A DNA stretch of 64,000 nt. It comes from Chiloscyllium plagiosum (Eukaryota). Position numbers and translations under genes: made by a program. Shown piece after piece: positions 13,682 through 26,989 of the stretch (the stretch's first letter is position 1; every line of letters begins with the position of its first letter). A model generated the notes under the pieces. That model did no database searches. It saw only the letters and a list, made by a program, of their open reading frames with translations, and had not been told where the DNA came from. The stretch lies in the NCBI RefSeq assembly GCF_004010195.1, contig NC_057718.1, positions 14,977,992 through 15,041,991 of the forward strand. The letters run 5' to 3'.

Positions 13682-13713
13682 AACACATTCAACCACCAGT
13701 ACCATTCTTCAAA

Positions 13714-14600
13714 GAGTCATAAAGATGTACAGCATGGAAACAGACCCTTCGGTCCTACCCGTCCATGCTGACCAGATATTCTACATTAATCTAGTCCCAT
13801 TTGCCAGCGTTTGGCTCATATCCCTCTAAACCCTTCCTATTCATGTACCCATCCAGATGTCTTTTAAATGTTGTAATTGTACCAACCTCCACCACTTCCT
13901 CTGGAAGCTTGTTCCATACTTTGCACCACCCTCTACATTAAAAGGTTGCCCCTTAGGTCCCTTTCAAATCTTACCCCGCTCACCTTAAACCTATGTCCTC
14001 TAGTTTTGGACTCCCCTACCATAGGGAAAAGACCTTGGCTATTCACCATATTGATGCCTCTCATGATTTTATAAACCTTTATAAGGTCACCCCTCAGCCT
14101 CCGACACTCCAGGGAAAACAGTGCCAGCCTATTCAGCCACTCCCTGTAGATCAAACCCTCCAACCCTGGCAACATCCTTGTAAATCTTTTCTGAACCCTT
14201 TCAAGTTCCACAACATCCTTCCAATAGCAGGGAGACCAGAACTAAACACAGTATTTTAAAAGTGGCCTAACCAATATCCTGTACAGCTGCAACATGACCT
14301 CCCAACTTCTATACTCAATGTTCTGACCAATAAAGGAAAGCATATCAAACGTCTTCTTCACTTCCCTGCCTAGCTGCGATTCTACTTTCAAGGTGCTATG
14401 AAATTGCACTCCAAGATCTTTTTGTTCAGCAACACTTCTCAGGACCTTACCATTAAGTGAAAAGTCCTGCCCTGATTTGCCTTTCCAAAATAATTTATCT
14501 AAATTAAATTCCATCTGCCACTCCTCAGCCCCTTGACCCATCTGATCTCGGTCCTGTTGTCCTCCAAAGCAACCTTCTTCGCTGTCCATAACACCACCTA
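13714..14600 (-). mobile_element. HER1/CR1 LINE, 5'-truncated
   Basis: ERVQKRFTRMLPGLEGL...RRLRGDLIKVYKIMRG. Confidence 0.93.
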
Positions 14601-16854
14601 TTCAGCCATGATTTGATGAGTGTCACTAGAGTCCATTCACTATTCCTTCCCTAGACAGAGATGATTGGGCGACTGCAGTTAAAAAAAATTTGCTCGATCA
14701 ACTGTCTCTGTTCAAATGGTGCAGCGTCTTCATTTCTGTCACTTTTCTGCAAAACATAAACTTGTATCTGATTATAGCAGCATCAGCTTCATGCTGCAAA
14801 CAAGCTGAAGCCAATGTTTTAATTGACTGTGAAACTGATAAAGGTTGAGGAATTATCTAGATTAAATGTTAAGATCTAAATTGTGTTCAGTAGATTTGTT
14901 TTTAAGAACATGCAAAGAGCTACAGTTGGCTCACTGTTCACTCAAACAAAGTGGATGCGTGCTACACATCACCGTTCTTAGGTTTGGGCTTATCAACTAT
15001 CACTTTAAAAAGAAATATGAGTTTGGAATGGGGTAGGATGGTGAAAGGAATGTCGTTAGCAACAATGTATAGAGACATTCAAAAAGAATGTGTTTATTAG
15101 TTCATTCCACAGAAAATAGTCATTGCAATTCCTCCTTCTCACTTTGTGCAATCAGATTTAAAACATAGCTCAATGGTTGACTTTAAACAAATTGGCTGTC
15201 TCCAGGTAAGACAAGGCTCTAGCTGATAGCATTTGCCATTCTATGGGTGGGCACATCTCACTCACTGACTAAGTCTCCTGTAAACACTTGAGAAAAGATG
15301 CACATCAGGAATTTGATTGTATTCTGAAGTTACAGCTATTCAAGCAGTCTCAGTCCCAGTGAGAGAAATGGCTACTTTCTCATCCCAGTTCTTTCACAAG
15401 ACATCCTTGAGCTTCCCCCCTCCCTTGACAAATTCTAACTATACTGATGATTAACGAGCAAACATTTGCTCTCAAAGCTGTCACTTCTCCTGCAGTTCTC
15501 AGCGTTACAGCACTAGGATTTGGAAGAGCTGTTTAATGAGAGCTGGTGAATCTTATTTGCAGGTTCAGATTCGATTCCTACCTGCTCCAAAGATGTGTCA
15601 TGATATATCTAAACAGGTTGATGAGAAAGCTCCCTGTCCACCCAGCCCACACCTCCCCCTGCCTCCACATCTTCCCCCTCTCATTTCCAACTCTCTTCCA
15701 AGTAACAGTTCCCTGGGAGACACACCTAGACAAATATGGGCTGCGTGTGGAGAACCATCAACTCGATGAAAGACGACGTACTAAAGCTTTGGGCAGCAGT
15801 CTGAGATCATTCTGTCAAAGTTAAATGGGAGCTTGTTCAGTTATCGGACTTTACCAGTACCTCAACTATATGTAAATATAATCTTACACAAGTAAGATGT
15901 GCCTTTGATTTGTTTGTTGGATAGAGTCAAACTCCAATGTTTGTTTGAACTACATTTGTGGATAAGACATCTTTTATGAATATTTTTTTTAATTAAAAAA
16001 AAAGTGGTGAGAGATTCCTTTGGTGATGTACAGGAATTGGTAACCCGAGCTTGGGTCATGCAAAGACTGAGCAAATCATGGCCTAGCAAAATGTCCTTTC
16101 TTCCCTGCATTTGCAAATGGATCAGGGCTTTTGAAGGACTCTCAGTTGTTAGAGTGTTATGTCTATTACTGCAATGTTGTGGTCCTGACTGGATGCAGGA
16201 ACAAGGGTGCTCACCATCTCCTGTTGGTGAGTGGGTGGAAGAGGGGAGTGAAGGTGTTGCTGGACAGAGTGAACAAGAGAAGAAACAGAGAATCAGAAAC
16301 AATAGCTGCAATTATCCAAACAGCAGGTGGAGAGTTTTTTTAATTACTACCAGAGCTTCCTGTGAAAGGGGCTGCTTCCTCACCCCAGGAATCCCATTAT
16401 ATCCACATTGGTAGGACATCTGATCCCTCTGTCCTCTTTCTCCTACGTTGTTCCAGTTAAGCTCAAGGAAAAGATCAAAGAACAACCCTTTGTATGTTGA
16501 TTCACATTTCTCATTCACCCAGACTCCAGGGTCAAGTTCAAACAATAGACTATAGTCCGCAGCTGACAATAATGGTTTGTTCATTCTCATTTCGACACCA
16601 CCTTCTGTTGCTTCATTTGTCCGATTTCCAGTCCTTTTTGTGTCTTATACACATCGTGCCTTAAATCACTGAAGATCCTGCATTTCAATGCGCCCCACTC
16701 CCTTTTCCTGTTTCTATACTTGCTTCAAATTTACTGTATTTCCCCTGTTTTACCAGAACCTCATGTATCTGAACTTTTAACTCAGACGCCACTGGGCCTG
16801 TCGGTCAACAACATTTTTGTAAACTCCTCTTATTTATTTATTTTTTAACATCTC

Positions 16855-18246
16855 ATATCTTAGTACATCAAAACGAGTGATTGAAGCTGGATGGGAGGGG
16901 AAGCTGTGAGGAGGATGCGGAGATGCCTCAGTGTGATTTGGACAGGCTCAGTGAGTGGGCAGATGCATGACAGATGCAATGTAATGTGGATAAATATGAG
17001 GTTATCCACTTTGGGAGCAAAGCCAAGAAGGCAGATTACTATCTGAAGGGTTATGAATGTGAGAGAAGAAATATTCATCGAGACCTGGGTGATCTCATAC
17101 ACCAGTCACTGAAAGTGAGCAGGTGGTCTCTTAGGCAAATGGTTCTGGTGAAAAGCCACTGGACTCAAAATGTTAACTCTGCTTTCCTCCCACAGATGCT
17201 GCCAGACCTACTGAGTTTCGCCAGCAATTTCTGTTTTTGTTTCAGATCTCCAACTTCTGCACTTCTTAGTTTTGTTTTATTTTTAGCAATTGATATGTTG
17301 GCCTTCTTAGCGAGAGAATTTGAGTAGAGGAGCAGAAATTGTGCAGAGGATGGGTGAGATCAGACCTGGAATACTGTGTGCAGTTTTGATCTCCTGATCC
17401 GAGGAAGGTTGTGCTTGTTATCGAGGCAGTGCAGGGAAGGTTTACCAGACTGATTCCTGGATGGCAGGACTGATGTCTGAGGAGAGATTGAACCAGTTAA
17501 GATTTTATAACTAGAGTTCAGAAGAGGTGGAGTCTCACAGAAGCATATTAAATTCTGACAGAACTAGATGCACGAAGGCCAGCACAGTGGCTCAATGGTA
17601 AGCACTGCTGCCTCAGAGTGCCAGACACCTGGGTTTGATTCCAGCTGCGGGCGATTGTCTGTGTGAGGTTTGCACATTCTCCCAGTGTGCGTGGGTTTCC
17701 TCCAGGCGCTCCGGTTTCCTCCCACAGTCCAAAGATGTCCAAGTTAGGTGAATTGGCCATACTAAATTGCCCATTCAGGGGTGTGTAGGTTAGGTGCATT
17801 AGTCAGGGGTAAATGTGGAGTAATAGGGTAGGGGAAGGGGTCTGGGTCGGTTACTCTGTGGACAGTCGGTGTGGACTTGTTGCACCGAAGGGCCTATTTC
17901 CACACTGTGTGGATTCTATGAAAGATGCTCGCAATGGTAGGGGAAGCCCAGAAACAGGGGTCACAGCCTAAGGATAAAGATTGAACCATTCAGGACTGAA
18001 ATGAGGAGAAATGTCTTCACCCAGAGAGTGGTGAGCTTGTAGAATTCACCACCACAGAAAGCAGTCAAGGCCAGAACTTTGTACGATTTGAGGAAATAGC
18101 ACTTGGAGCTAAAGGGGTCAAAGGATAGGGGGTAAAAGTGGGAACAGACTACTGTGCTGGATGATCAGTCATCACCATAATTCAAGGCAGAGCAGGGTCA
18201 AGAGGCCGAATGGCCAACTCCTGCTCCTGTTTTGTACGATTCTATG
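16855..18246 (+). mobile_element. Older CR1 LINE 3' part with nested PLE terminus (~17140-17265) and HE1 SINE
   Basis: MQCNVDKYEVIHFGSK remnant; CR1 tail GGCCGAATGGCCAACTCCTGCTCCT. Confidence 0.85.
17576..17921 (+). mobile_element. HE1-type SINE
   Basis: Head, V-domain and HER1-like tail as at 143-463. Confidence 0.9.
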
Positions 18247-19479
18247 CAAGTGGTGGAGGGTGCAATCTAATTTTCACTTACATTCCCAATGTTTATATTG
18301 ACAGGACTGTGCATGGGAATGGATTATAACTCCAACTTTGGCGTAACAAAGTCCTACAGAGCTAGACATTGCATGTTGAAATAAGACGTGTGTTTGCTTG
18401 TTCGACAACGCGGTTAAAAATTCAAAAAATACCTCACACTAAGTCTGAAACCAGCACAACATAGTCAAGTGTTGAAACAAGAGGACTGATTAATATGTCT
18501 TTATGCCCATATCGCCAGTGAACTCAATCAGATCCAGACTCTGCTTCAAAACATAAAAAAGAACCTCAGTGTATCGTCCCAAAGCCATTTTTTAAATAAA
18601 AAACACTGTATAATTTTCATTTCAGTGGCTATGTGCAAAATTCAAACACAATGGAACAACAGCAAGAACGAAATGGGTATAAATACTGAATGTTATGCAC
18701 TTAGAGCCTGAAATGGTTCATGTTACTTTCATGTCAGGGTATAAAAACACAACCTCAAACTCAACAGCAGCAAAATTGCAGCATTCCCAAATGCTGTTCC
18801 ACACAGGAAAACAAAGCTGCTCCATGTATATGGACCAGGCAAATCATTGTCAGAACACTGCATTGTCTTCAGCAGAATTCATCGAGAAATAGGCCATTCA
18901 GCCCAACTTGTTTGTGCCAACATTTTGCTCCAGCCATCCATCCAATCTGTCAACATATCCGTCCATCATTTTCTCCCTCGTGCTTATCTAGCTTCCCCTT
19001 AAATGTACATTCATCTCAACTACTCCTTGTGACAGCAGTTCCATATTCTAACTCCAGTCGGATGAAGAGGTTTCCCCTTCATTCCCTCACGGTGAATCAT
19101 TCATGATTATTTTATATTACGATCACTTAATTGTTGCTCTCATCCAGCCAGCAGGTGGAAGTATCTTCTCTATGTCAGCCGATCAAACCCCTTTATATTG
19201 AAAATGAGCTTGCCTCATGTCAGGTCTCGGCCTCTCCGGTGCGAAGAAAGGGCAGCAGCAAGGAAGCTGACAGAAAGTGAAAACTGGAATTTTCCAGGCA
19301 AATTGCAACATTGAGAGTCTGCTGGGTCCAAACTCTTCTGACTTTTCAGTTCCATTTCCAATGTACAGTCTGCACCTTAAAAGTGACGGGCTCCAGTCTC
19401 TTGGCGCAGCCTTTCCAATGTTCTTATTGCAATTAACCTTTCTGAAAAGAGATCTGTAAAACCGGATGGTTCCTTTTGG

Positions 19480-19850
19480 CAAAAGTGAGGACTACAGATG
19501 CTGGAGATTAGAGTCGAGAGAGTGGTGCTGGAAAAGCACAGCAGGTCAGGTAGCATCCGAGGAGCAGGGGAATCGACGTCTCGGGCAAAAGCCCTTCATT
19601 TGGAATGAGGCTGGGAGAGATAAATGGGAGGGGGTGAGCCTAGGGGAAAGGTGGGTGGGACTAGGGGAAAGGTAGCTGAGAGTGCAATAGGTGGTTGGAG
19701 ATGGGGGTAATGGTGATAGGTCAGACGGGAGAGAGGAGCGGATAGGTGGAAAGGAAGATGGGCAGATAGGACAGGTCATGAGGGCGGTGCTGAGCTGGAA
19801 GGTTAGAACTGGGATAAGGTGGCAGGGTGGGGAGAGAGGAAATGAGATAA
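19480..19850 (-). mobile_element. Penelope-like element 3' terminus
   Basis: AAAAGTGAGGACTACAGATGCTGGAG...GCTGGAAAAGCACAGCAGGTCAGG, decayed hammerhead, purine-rich spacer. Confidence 0.85.
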
Positions 19851-21794
19851 CTGGTTCCTGACTCTTCATTCCCTCTCTTTTCTGGTGGGCTTAATGTGAA
19901 GTCAAAGGTAACAGCAAGTTTAACAGGTTTGAAATCTGAAAACTTAATGTATCTGCAAGGGTGAACAAATTTGAAACAGGCAGCACATCAGCCCCTGGTC
20001 CAGACCAGCACGACTTTCAGCAACTCCACACATCCATCCTCAGAGAACAGCTACATAAAGAACTTAATTTAAGACCAGGAGATCACCACATGTCAAAAAG
20101 AGTAAGTTCAGAAATCCAGAATAAAAAAAAATCAGGAAATGCATGAATTCTACAACAAACTACATTTATAAAGCACCTTTAACTTGTACAGTCCCCTGAA
20201 ACACTTGACTATGGCAAATATGACACAGATGAAGATCTGAAGCCACGTGAGCAAAAACTGGGTCAAAGCAATAGGTTTTCAAGAGTGACCTAAAAGGAAA
20301 AGGATGTGGGAAAGGTTTGGTAAAGGAGCATAGGGGCCCAGGTGCCTGAAGATACGACGGTCAAAAAACAGCACGGTGATGAGAAAGAACACAGACAGGT
20401 AAGGTCAGAGGTCTCTGTTTGTTAACACATCTTGTGTCAAGTAAACCAAATGCCAAACTGTCCTATTCAGCATTGAACTGCCCCAGGGCAGTTCATTCTC
20501 CTTCTATCTGTGGGACCTAATGTCAATGATAGGATTAACTGATGGGACTGAAGCAGGTCTTTGTGAGGATTTCAATAACACACAGGAGGGAGTCACAATA
20601 TAGTCCCCAGTGGCTCACACCTGGAACTTAAGGCTGAACTCATGGCCAGATGCATTCACAATGCACAAGGATGGGCAATGCAGGAAAGTAAACTTCGACT
20701 TGCAAACTGGAACTAGTCAGTGCGTCAAAGAGAAGAGAGGCAGTTTCTCTCCTGCACTGGATTATCAGCTACCTGATGAAAAAAAAAGTGTCAGCATATG
20801 GGGTCTCATGGGGACTACCAAAAATAGCCTCCCTAAATCACATGGTGCCGAGACACCCAGCTGGGTGCTGATGTCTCAAGGTTCTTCTCAGGAACAATTA
20901 GCAGAGCACAGATAATCCTCAGTGTGAACCACAGAACTGTCAGCCTTTTCACACCAGTAAACAAGGCGGCTGCATAATGTACAGGCAACGTTTGGAATTG
21001 TTTAGCTAAATCCACAAGTGGAATGCGAATGAAGCTGAAATCCAGGCTGCTGGTTCTATGCACACGACTGATGTTTCCGCAACTTGCCACCAACACCCCC
21101 GCCCACAGGAATGACATTGAGGAGACAACTCTGGGCACAGACAACATGCACACTGGCATACCCGAGACTCAGCTAAAGGTCTACCACTCAGCTCCAAACC
21201 TCAATACAGCCAAAACCCAGACAGGAGTATGAGCCAAGCATCAATGCAGAGACCATGTTGTTCTTCTCAACTTCAACATTTGACTGAGGGTGGCACCAAA
21301 GAACCAAAATGAAGCTGATTGTGTATATCGGAGGGTAATCACTGTGATGTCAGAGGTATCACTGCAGAGGCTCCTCAGAGAGGCATCTTTTGATCAATAT
21401 CAATAGTTTTCACTTTATTAAAAGGTAAGGAGTGAGGATGTCCACTCACAGTCCTACTCTATTCACAACAGGTTTAACACCGAAGCAGCAGCCTCCACCA
21501 ATGGGTTCCAGGCCTGAAACAATGTTCTGGCTTAGCTCGTCAGATGGCAAATAACATTTGCACCACATAGAAATGCCACATAGTGAGCATCACAGACAAG
21601 GAATAGCCAAGCAATTTCTTCATGGTTTTCCAAGGCACAATGATTATAAACTCTCCCAGCATCATTTCAGGTGTGATAACTGACTAAGAGCTGAACTTGA
21701 CCAGTCACAGTAACATGACACCTACTCGAGCAGACACAGACTGGGTAGTTCACTGGCACACATTCACTATACTAACCTGACAGTAGACTTCACC

Positions 21795-22190
21795 TCCACA
21801 CACATCATTTGCTGCACCCGATGTGGCCTCCTCAACATTGGGGAGACAGGCCGCCTACTTGCAGAGAACACCTCTGGGACACCTGGACCAGCCAACCTAA
21901 CCACCCCGTGGCTCAACACTTCAACTCCCCCACCCACTCCACCAAGAACATGCAGGTCTTTGGACTCCTCCATCGCCAAACCATAGCAACACGACGGCTG
22001 GAGGAAGAGCGCCTCATCTTTCCTCCCTACCTTTTATCTTAGCCTGCTTGGCACACCCTCCTCATTCCTGAAGAAGGGCTCACGCCCAAAACGTCGATTC
22101 TCCTGCTCCCTGGATGCTGCCTGACCTGCTACGCTTTTCCAGCAACACACTTTCAGCTCTGATCTCCAGCATCTGCAGTCTTCACTTTCT
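21795..22190 (+). mobile_element. Penelope-like GIY-YIG fragment and pLTR with 19-bp TSD
   Basis: HPVAQHFNSPTHS...RRLEEERLIF; CCTGACA[G/A]TAGACTTCACC at 21776-21794 and 22191-22209. Confidence 0.88.
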
Positions 22191-22776
22191 CCTGACAATA
22201 GACTTCACCCTGGTTATTGTGTGTCGACATTCAGCACTGATTTGTAAAAGGACTGAAGAGGTGAAATCATGAGAACCAGGTGGCAGAGACTAATTTGTAT
22301 TCCCTTGAATACAGCACATTAAGCCATGATCTAATTGAGGTGTTTGAGATGATTAAAGGGGCTGACAGGAGAACCATTTCTGCTTGAGCAAAAGGGCATC
22401 ATTAAAATTAGAGCTCAGCTTTCAGTGAGTGTCGGGATCACTTCTTCATACATAGAGTAGTGTAAGAACTATATTAAGACTGCTGGATTTTAGTTTGTCA
22501 AAGATATGAAGGATTATGGGAAAAACGTGGTGAGGAGGTCACATTAAGATCAGCCAAGATCTAACTGAATGACAGAACAAGTTTGTGTGATTCAATGGTC
22601 CACTTCTGTTCCTATGTCCCTAAAATAACAGCTCTGATTTCTTCAATTTGACTAAATTTTGAAAGAGTCCCACACAGGGTGCAACTAAATACAATGCAAT
22701 GGATGCTGTCTATCTGGATTTTTAACAATTCACTCAAGGGACATGGGTATTGCTGGCTGGCCAGCATTTACGCCCA

Positions 22777-22950
22777 AGGGAGAAAGTGAGGACTGCAGGG
22801 CTGAAGATCAGAGTCGAGAGTGTGGTGCTGGAAAAGCACAGCAGGTCAGGCAGCATCTGAGGAGCAGGAGAATCAATGAATCTTCGATTCTCCTGCTCCT
22901 CAGATGCTGCCTGACCTGCTGTGCTTTTCCAGCACCACACGCTTGACCCC
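22777..22950. mobile_element. PLE-derived fold-back insertion inside a LINE 3' end
   Basis: Perfect 55-bp inverted arms 22820-22874 / 22886-22940; flanking duplication ATTTA[C/T]GCCCAA. Confidence 0.9.
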
Positions 22951-23325
22951 CAATATTTATGCCCAACTCTAGTGGTGATCTGCCTTCCTGAGCCACTGCT
23001 GTTCATGTGTTGTAGGTAGACCCACAATGCCCTCAGGGAGGGAATTCCAGGATTTTGACCAAGCAACAGTGAAGTAAAGGCGGTATATTTCCAAGTTAGG
23101 CTGGTGAGGGGCTTGGAGGGGAATGTGCAGGAGATGGCATACCCATGTTGGTATTATCCTTCTAAATTGTAGTGGGTTTGAAAGGTGCTGTCTAAGGATC
23201 TTTGGTGAATTTCTGCAATGCATCTTGTAGATAATACACTGCTGCTACTGAGCATTGGTGGTGGAGTGAGTGAAAGTTTGTGGATGTGGTGCCAATCCAG
23301 CAGATTGCTTTGCCCTGGATGGGCT
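22951..23325 (-). mobile_element. 3' fragment of a second CR1-related LINE family (tail shared with family-B SINE)
   Basis: KSWNSLPEGIVGLPT remnant; same family at ~29345-30330, ~39690-40145, ~62440-62675. Confidence 0.75.
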
Positions 23326-23399
23326 CTTTTTTAATAATAGTTGATTATGCGTTGAGAAGAAAATAGCATTAAAAATGAAACAGTGTGATCATCTTCTCT

Positions 23400-23900
23400 T
23401 TCTTAGGTTATCCCTCAGAATCAAGGGTGACTTGCTTCCACTCCTGTTCAACCTCCTGGTCTGAGGTTGGTGAGAAGTCAAATGCACAATTTCCAGACTA
23501 TGCCACATGCAGGACAAATGGTGCTTGAAGGGTTGAGTCGTTTGGCAGTTTGTGCGCTTACCTCTGATGCCAAAATTTCATCCATGCACATTCCTGACAA
23601 ATGTTTCTCAACCAGTTGGGTGCCTTCCTGGATGAGTCTTTCCAGTTTGGTCAGTGACCAGCCAAGGGTGCCTATGAGACAGTGGGAAATGATCGACCTC
23701 TTCAGGGATGCTTCAAGGACATCTCAAAAGTGCTTTTGCTTCCCTCCTTAGAATTTCCTGAGATAGTGGAACTGAATTTGAGTGACTGGTACTCAATGCT
23801 GGGCCCACTGGGATGACATACTGCTGTTAGATCACCTTCAACCACAGCAGGTTTTGAGGGTGTTGCTGCGGTGTGACAGATGGTATAAGAACCTTATAGT
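23400..23900 (-). mobile_element. RTE-type LINE 3' fragment (old)
   Basis: TCTTAGG..TCCCTC..ATC.AGG.TGACTTGCTTCCACT resembles the RTE 3' terminus. Confidence 0.55.
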
Positions 23901-24169
23901 AAAAATGAAATCAAGGTAATAGATTGAATTATTACCAGGCACAGAAAGTAGATGCAAAAGGATGCTCTTCAAAATAGCAAGATGTGGGTTATGGATATTC
24001 AGAGGTCTGTGTTCACAATATAGTTGGCAGTGAAATGGAAGTGATACAGAAACTTGCTGGTGAGGTCAAATTAGCACACAAGGCAATCTTAAAGTGAAAA
24101 TGCAAGACAGTCAAGAAGGATAGAGATGGACAAGTCGAACAGGCAGGTATGTGACCACTAAATGGATTC

Positions 24170-24422
24170 TAGATGGCACCAACGCATGGCAACTCTTTGT
24201 GAGCTCTCTACAGCAGATCTTATTCTTACATAACTTATAATCATTCTGCTCTTTTAAACTTCAATTCTTAGTATGTTCACCTTCTCTGAAGCTGTAACAT
24301 TGTATTCCTCACTCTGTGCTATCACCCTAATGCACTTTGTATGGTATGATCTACCTGTACTGCAGGGAAAACCAAACTTTTCACTGTATCTGGGTACTTT
24401 GACAATAATAAATCAAATCAAA
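24170..24422 (+). mobile_element. Short element with Rex1/Babar-type 3' tail
   Basis: Begins AGATGGCACC and ends TTTTCACTGTA...TGACAATAATAAATCAAATCAAA; related minus copy at ~26778-26990. Confidence 0.6.
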
Positions 24423-25069
24423 AGATACCACTCATTGAACTCTCATCAAATTTACTGCACAGAAACAGGCCATTCTGTAGAATTTACTTCATCAAACCCC
24501 AAGAGCATAATCTTCACTTCAATGCAAAGCAATGTAAAGTAATACACTTCAGAGAAAATGGGATGAATAGGAGTATAATTTAAATTGGATTTTTAAAAGA
24601 ATTTTGGAAATGTTACTTCATGAGATACAAAACCAAGATAGTAATACGTTTTGTAATAATACATTTATTTACAGAATGCAACATTCCACACGGCCACTTC
24701 CTATCTACCACCCTCTTTGCCAGTAGTCTCCCTTTATATGAGCTTTACCAATATGATTCGACAAAGATTTTCATCTGTGTATTTTAATAACATAATTAGC
24801 ACAAGTTTCAAGGATAGGAATCTAAGGCATCGATCTAAGCGTGTAGTTAGCAAGGTCATAAAAAGAATCAAATAAAAGTTTGAGTGTACATGTAGGTCAA
24901 GGGAACACTCAGTTCGCGGCATTCTACTGGTCAGAGAGCCACAGAATCAGAGCTGCAACGTAGGAATGAGCTATTAAAGGTTAAGAGCAAAGGTTCAAAG
25001 TTGTTCATACTATGCTCCTACTAGAACAGCTATGTAAGTGGGGCGGGGGAGGGGGGGGTCCAATATAAT

Positions 25070-25428
25070 CATAGAATCATTGAATTCCCGGTGTGGAAGG
25101 AGGCCATTCAACCCATTGTGTCTGCACTGATCCTCCGAAGAACAGCCCGCCCAGATGACCCACTCCCCTTCCTCCCTTATCCTATTCCCCTAACCTTGCA
25201 TTTCCCATGGCTTACCCATCTAGCCTGCACATCCCTGAAAACTATGAGCAATTCACCATCACCAATCAACCTTGTCTGCACATCTTTGGACTGTGGGAGG
25301 AAACCAGAGTACTCAGAAGAAACCCACATAGACATGGAGAACGTACAATGTCCACACAGACAGTTGCCCGAAGCTGGAATTAAACCCGAGTCCCTGGCTG
25401 TGAGGTAGCAGTGCTAACCACTGAGCCA
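25070..25428 (-). mobile_element. HE1-type SINE
   Basis: Reverse-complement head and V-domain, (CATAGAAT)-like tail. Confidence 0.87.
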
Positions 25429-26079
25429 TATTAATTGGAGATTTCAAGATGGCAATGCCAAGTGCTTGTGGTGCTTGGCTCATCAATAACAGAGAGGCAT
25501 AAACTGAGAATAATGACAGGAAAAGACAGATTGGACAGATTCCTTCACATAGCAGCAGCTGAAACATGCAATGCTTCACCACAGACAGCTATTGAGGCCA
25601 AAATTAAAGCACCATTTAGGAGGGAAATGGAACAGGAGGAATACAGAAAAAAGGACAGTATGACCAAGATCATAAGGTGTAGCTTCAGTCAATGAGCTGT
25701 TTCCAGCAGAGCACAACAGGCCAAAATAGTCCCCAGATCCATGAGATTTCAGTTATTCTAAATCTCCCTTATCAATGATGCACATTGGCAGAAGGATCTC
25801 TGGCAGAGACCCCATGTAAAATAGCATCGATGAATGTGATGAGGCAATGGAGTGATAGCATTACTGATCAAAGCCAAAGCTAAAGCATTGGAGACATGAG
25901 CCCAAGTTTTTGCTAAATTTAGAGTCCTTTAAAAGCAGCAAGTGAGTGCAATCCTGGGATTCTTGCCCTCATTTTCCTGGTATTTTTTACGCTTGGTATC
26001 AGAACGCACACAACTCTACTGAGGGGTTGGGAAGATTCAACCTCCCTGGAATTTTGATAGAACCCATTCCATTCTATTG

Positions 26080-26705
26080 TGTTATGACACGGGGTAAACC
26101 CCACCCCCGCTTATTTAAACCAGCAACATAGAAAAGATTTATCCCGTGCTGTAATCTGTGAAAATTCGAGAAGCCAAGAACTATCCCAAAGTAAAAATTA
26201 ACAACTTTATAATACTGGTCCGATAAAACCCCCAATTAAGATTTATCAAAATATTCAGATTTCAAAACCAGTCAGCTGTCAAATCTTTGCTTTGTATCTT
26301 CTTCTGTCTGCTTTTCTTCTTCTTAGGGTTTCTGTTTCACAGGTCATTGATAATAAAGTTACCTTTAGGAGAGCTATTCTGCCGATAGACTGCTTTCGTT
26401 CATCGCTTGGCAACTCTTCTCCGACTGTTCAATTTTTTTTGGTTTTATACACCAAAGCATAGGATGATTTCATTGGTTTTAATATTGTCAAAATATTAAA
26501 TTCAAACTAGATTGGAGTTTAGTATCTTGGGGCATAGTTTAAACTGATTAGCTGAATTTGAATTTGTTTTGTCTCATAGTAACTCAGGTACTGCTAGCTG
26601 CTGGACCAAATGTTACATTGTAAATTTTCCAGTATTCTGTGTGCCTAAGTCCTTGCTAGCTTTCAACTATTTTAAAGGTACATTACCCCTCACACCTTCA
26701 TAATA
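26080..26705 (-). mobile_element. Solo LTR (probably Gypsy/ERV type), ~626 bp
   Basis: Termini TGTTATGA...TCATAATA (1 mismatch from inverted TCATAACA); flanks TATTG/TATCA fit a 5-bp TSD TATCG; minus-strand TATAAAA near 26445; orientation tentative. Confidence 0.72.
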
Positions 26706-26989
26706 TATCAGTTGAGGTTTTCAGTACTTCACCTGGACTAAAACGTAAGTCTCATTAAAAATGATCATTAAACCATCAGAGTGTTGTAGAATTAGAATTA
26801 TGTTTAATGACACGTACTCAAGTTACAAAAGAATAGGAGTACAGTGAAAAGTGTACAATGTCGCCAACATATGGCACCATCCTAGATAGAAAGAACCTGG
26901 GCACAAATCTTAGGTACAAAAAGTAGAGAAAATTAACATAAAAAGCTATCTTACATTGCAGATATAAGTCTAAATTATGAAAAAAGAAA

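Noticed and set aside
16384..16495. Exon candidates on either strand (KLKEKIKEQPF on +; LNWNNVGERG...GIPG on -)
   Set aside because: They overlap on opposite strands, the minus one needs a GAG acceptor, and no protein is recognised
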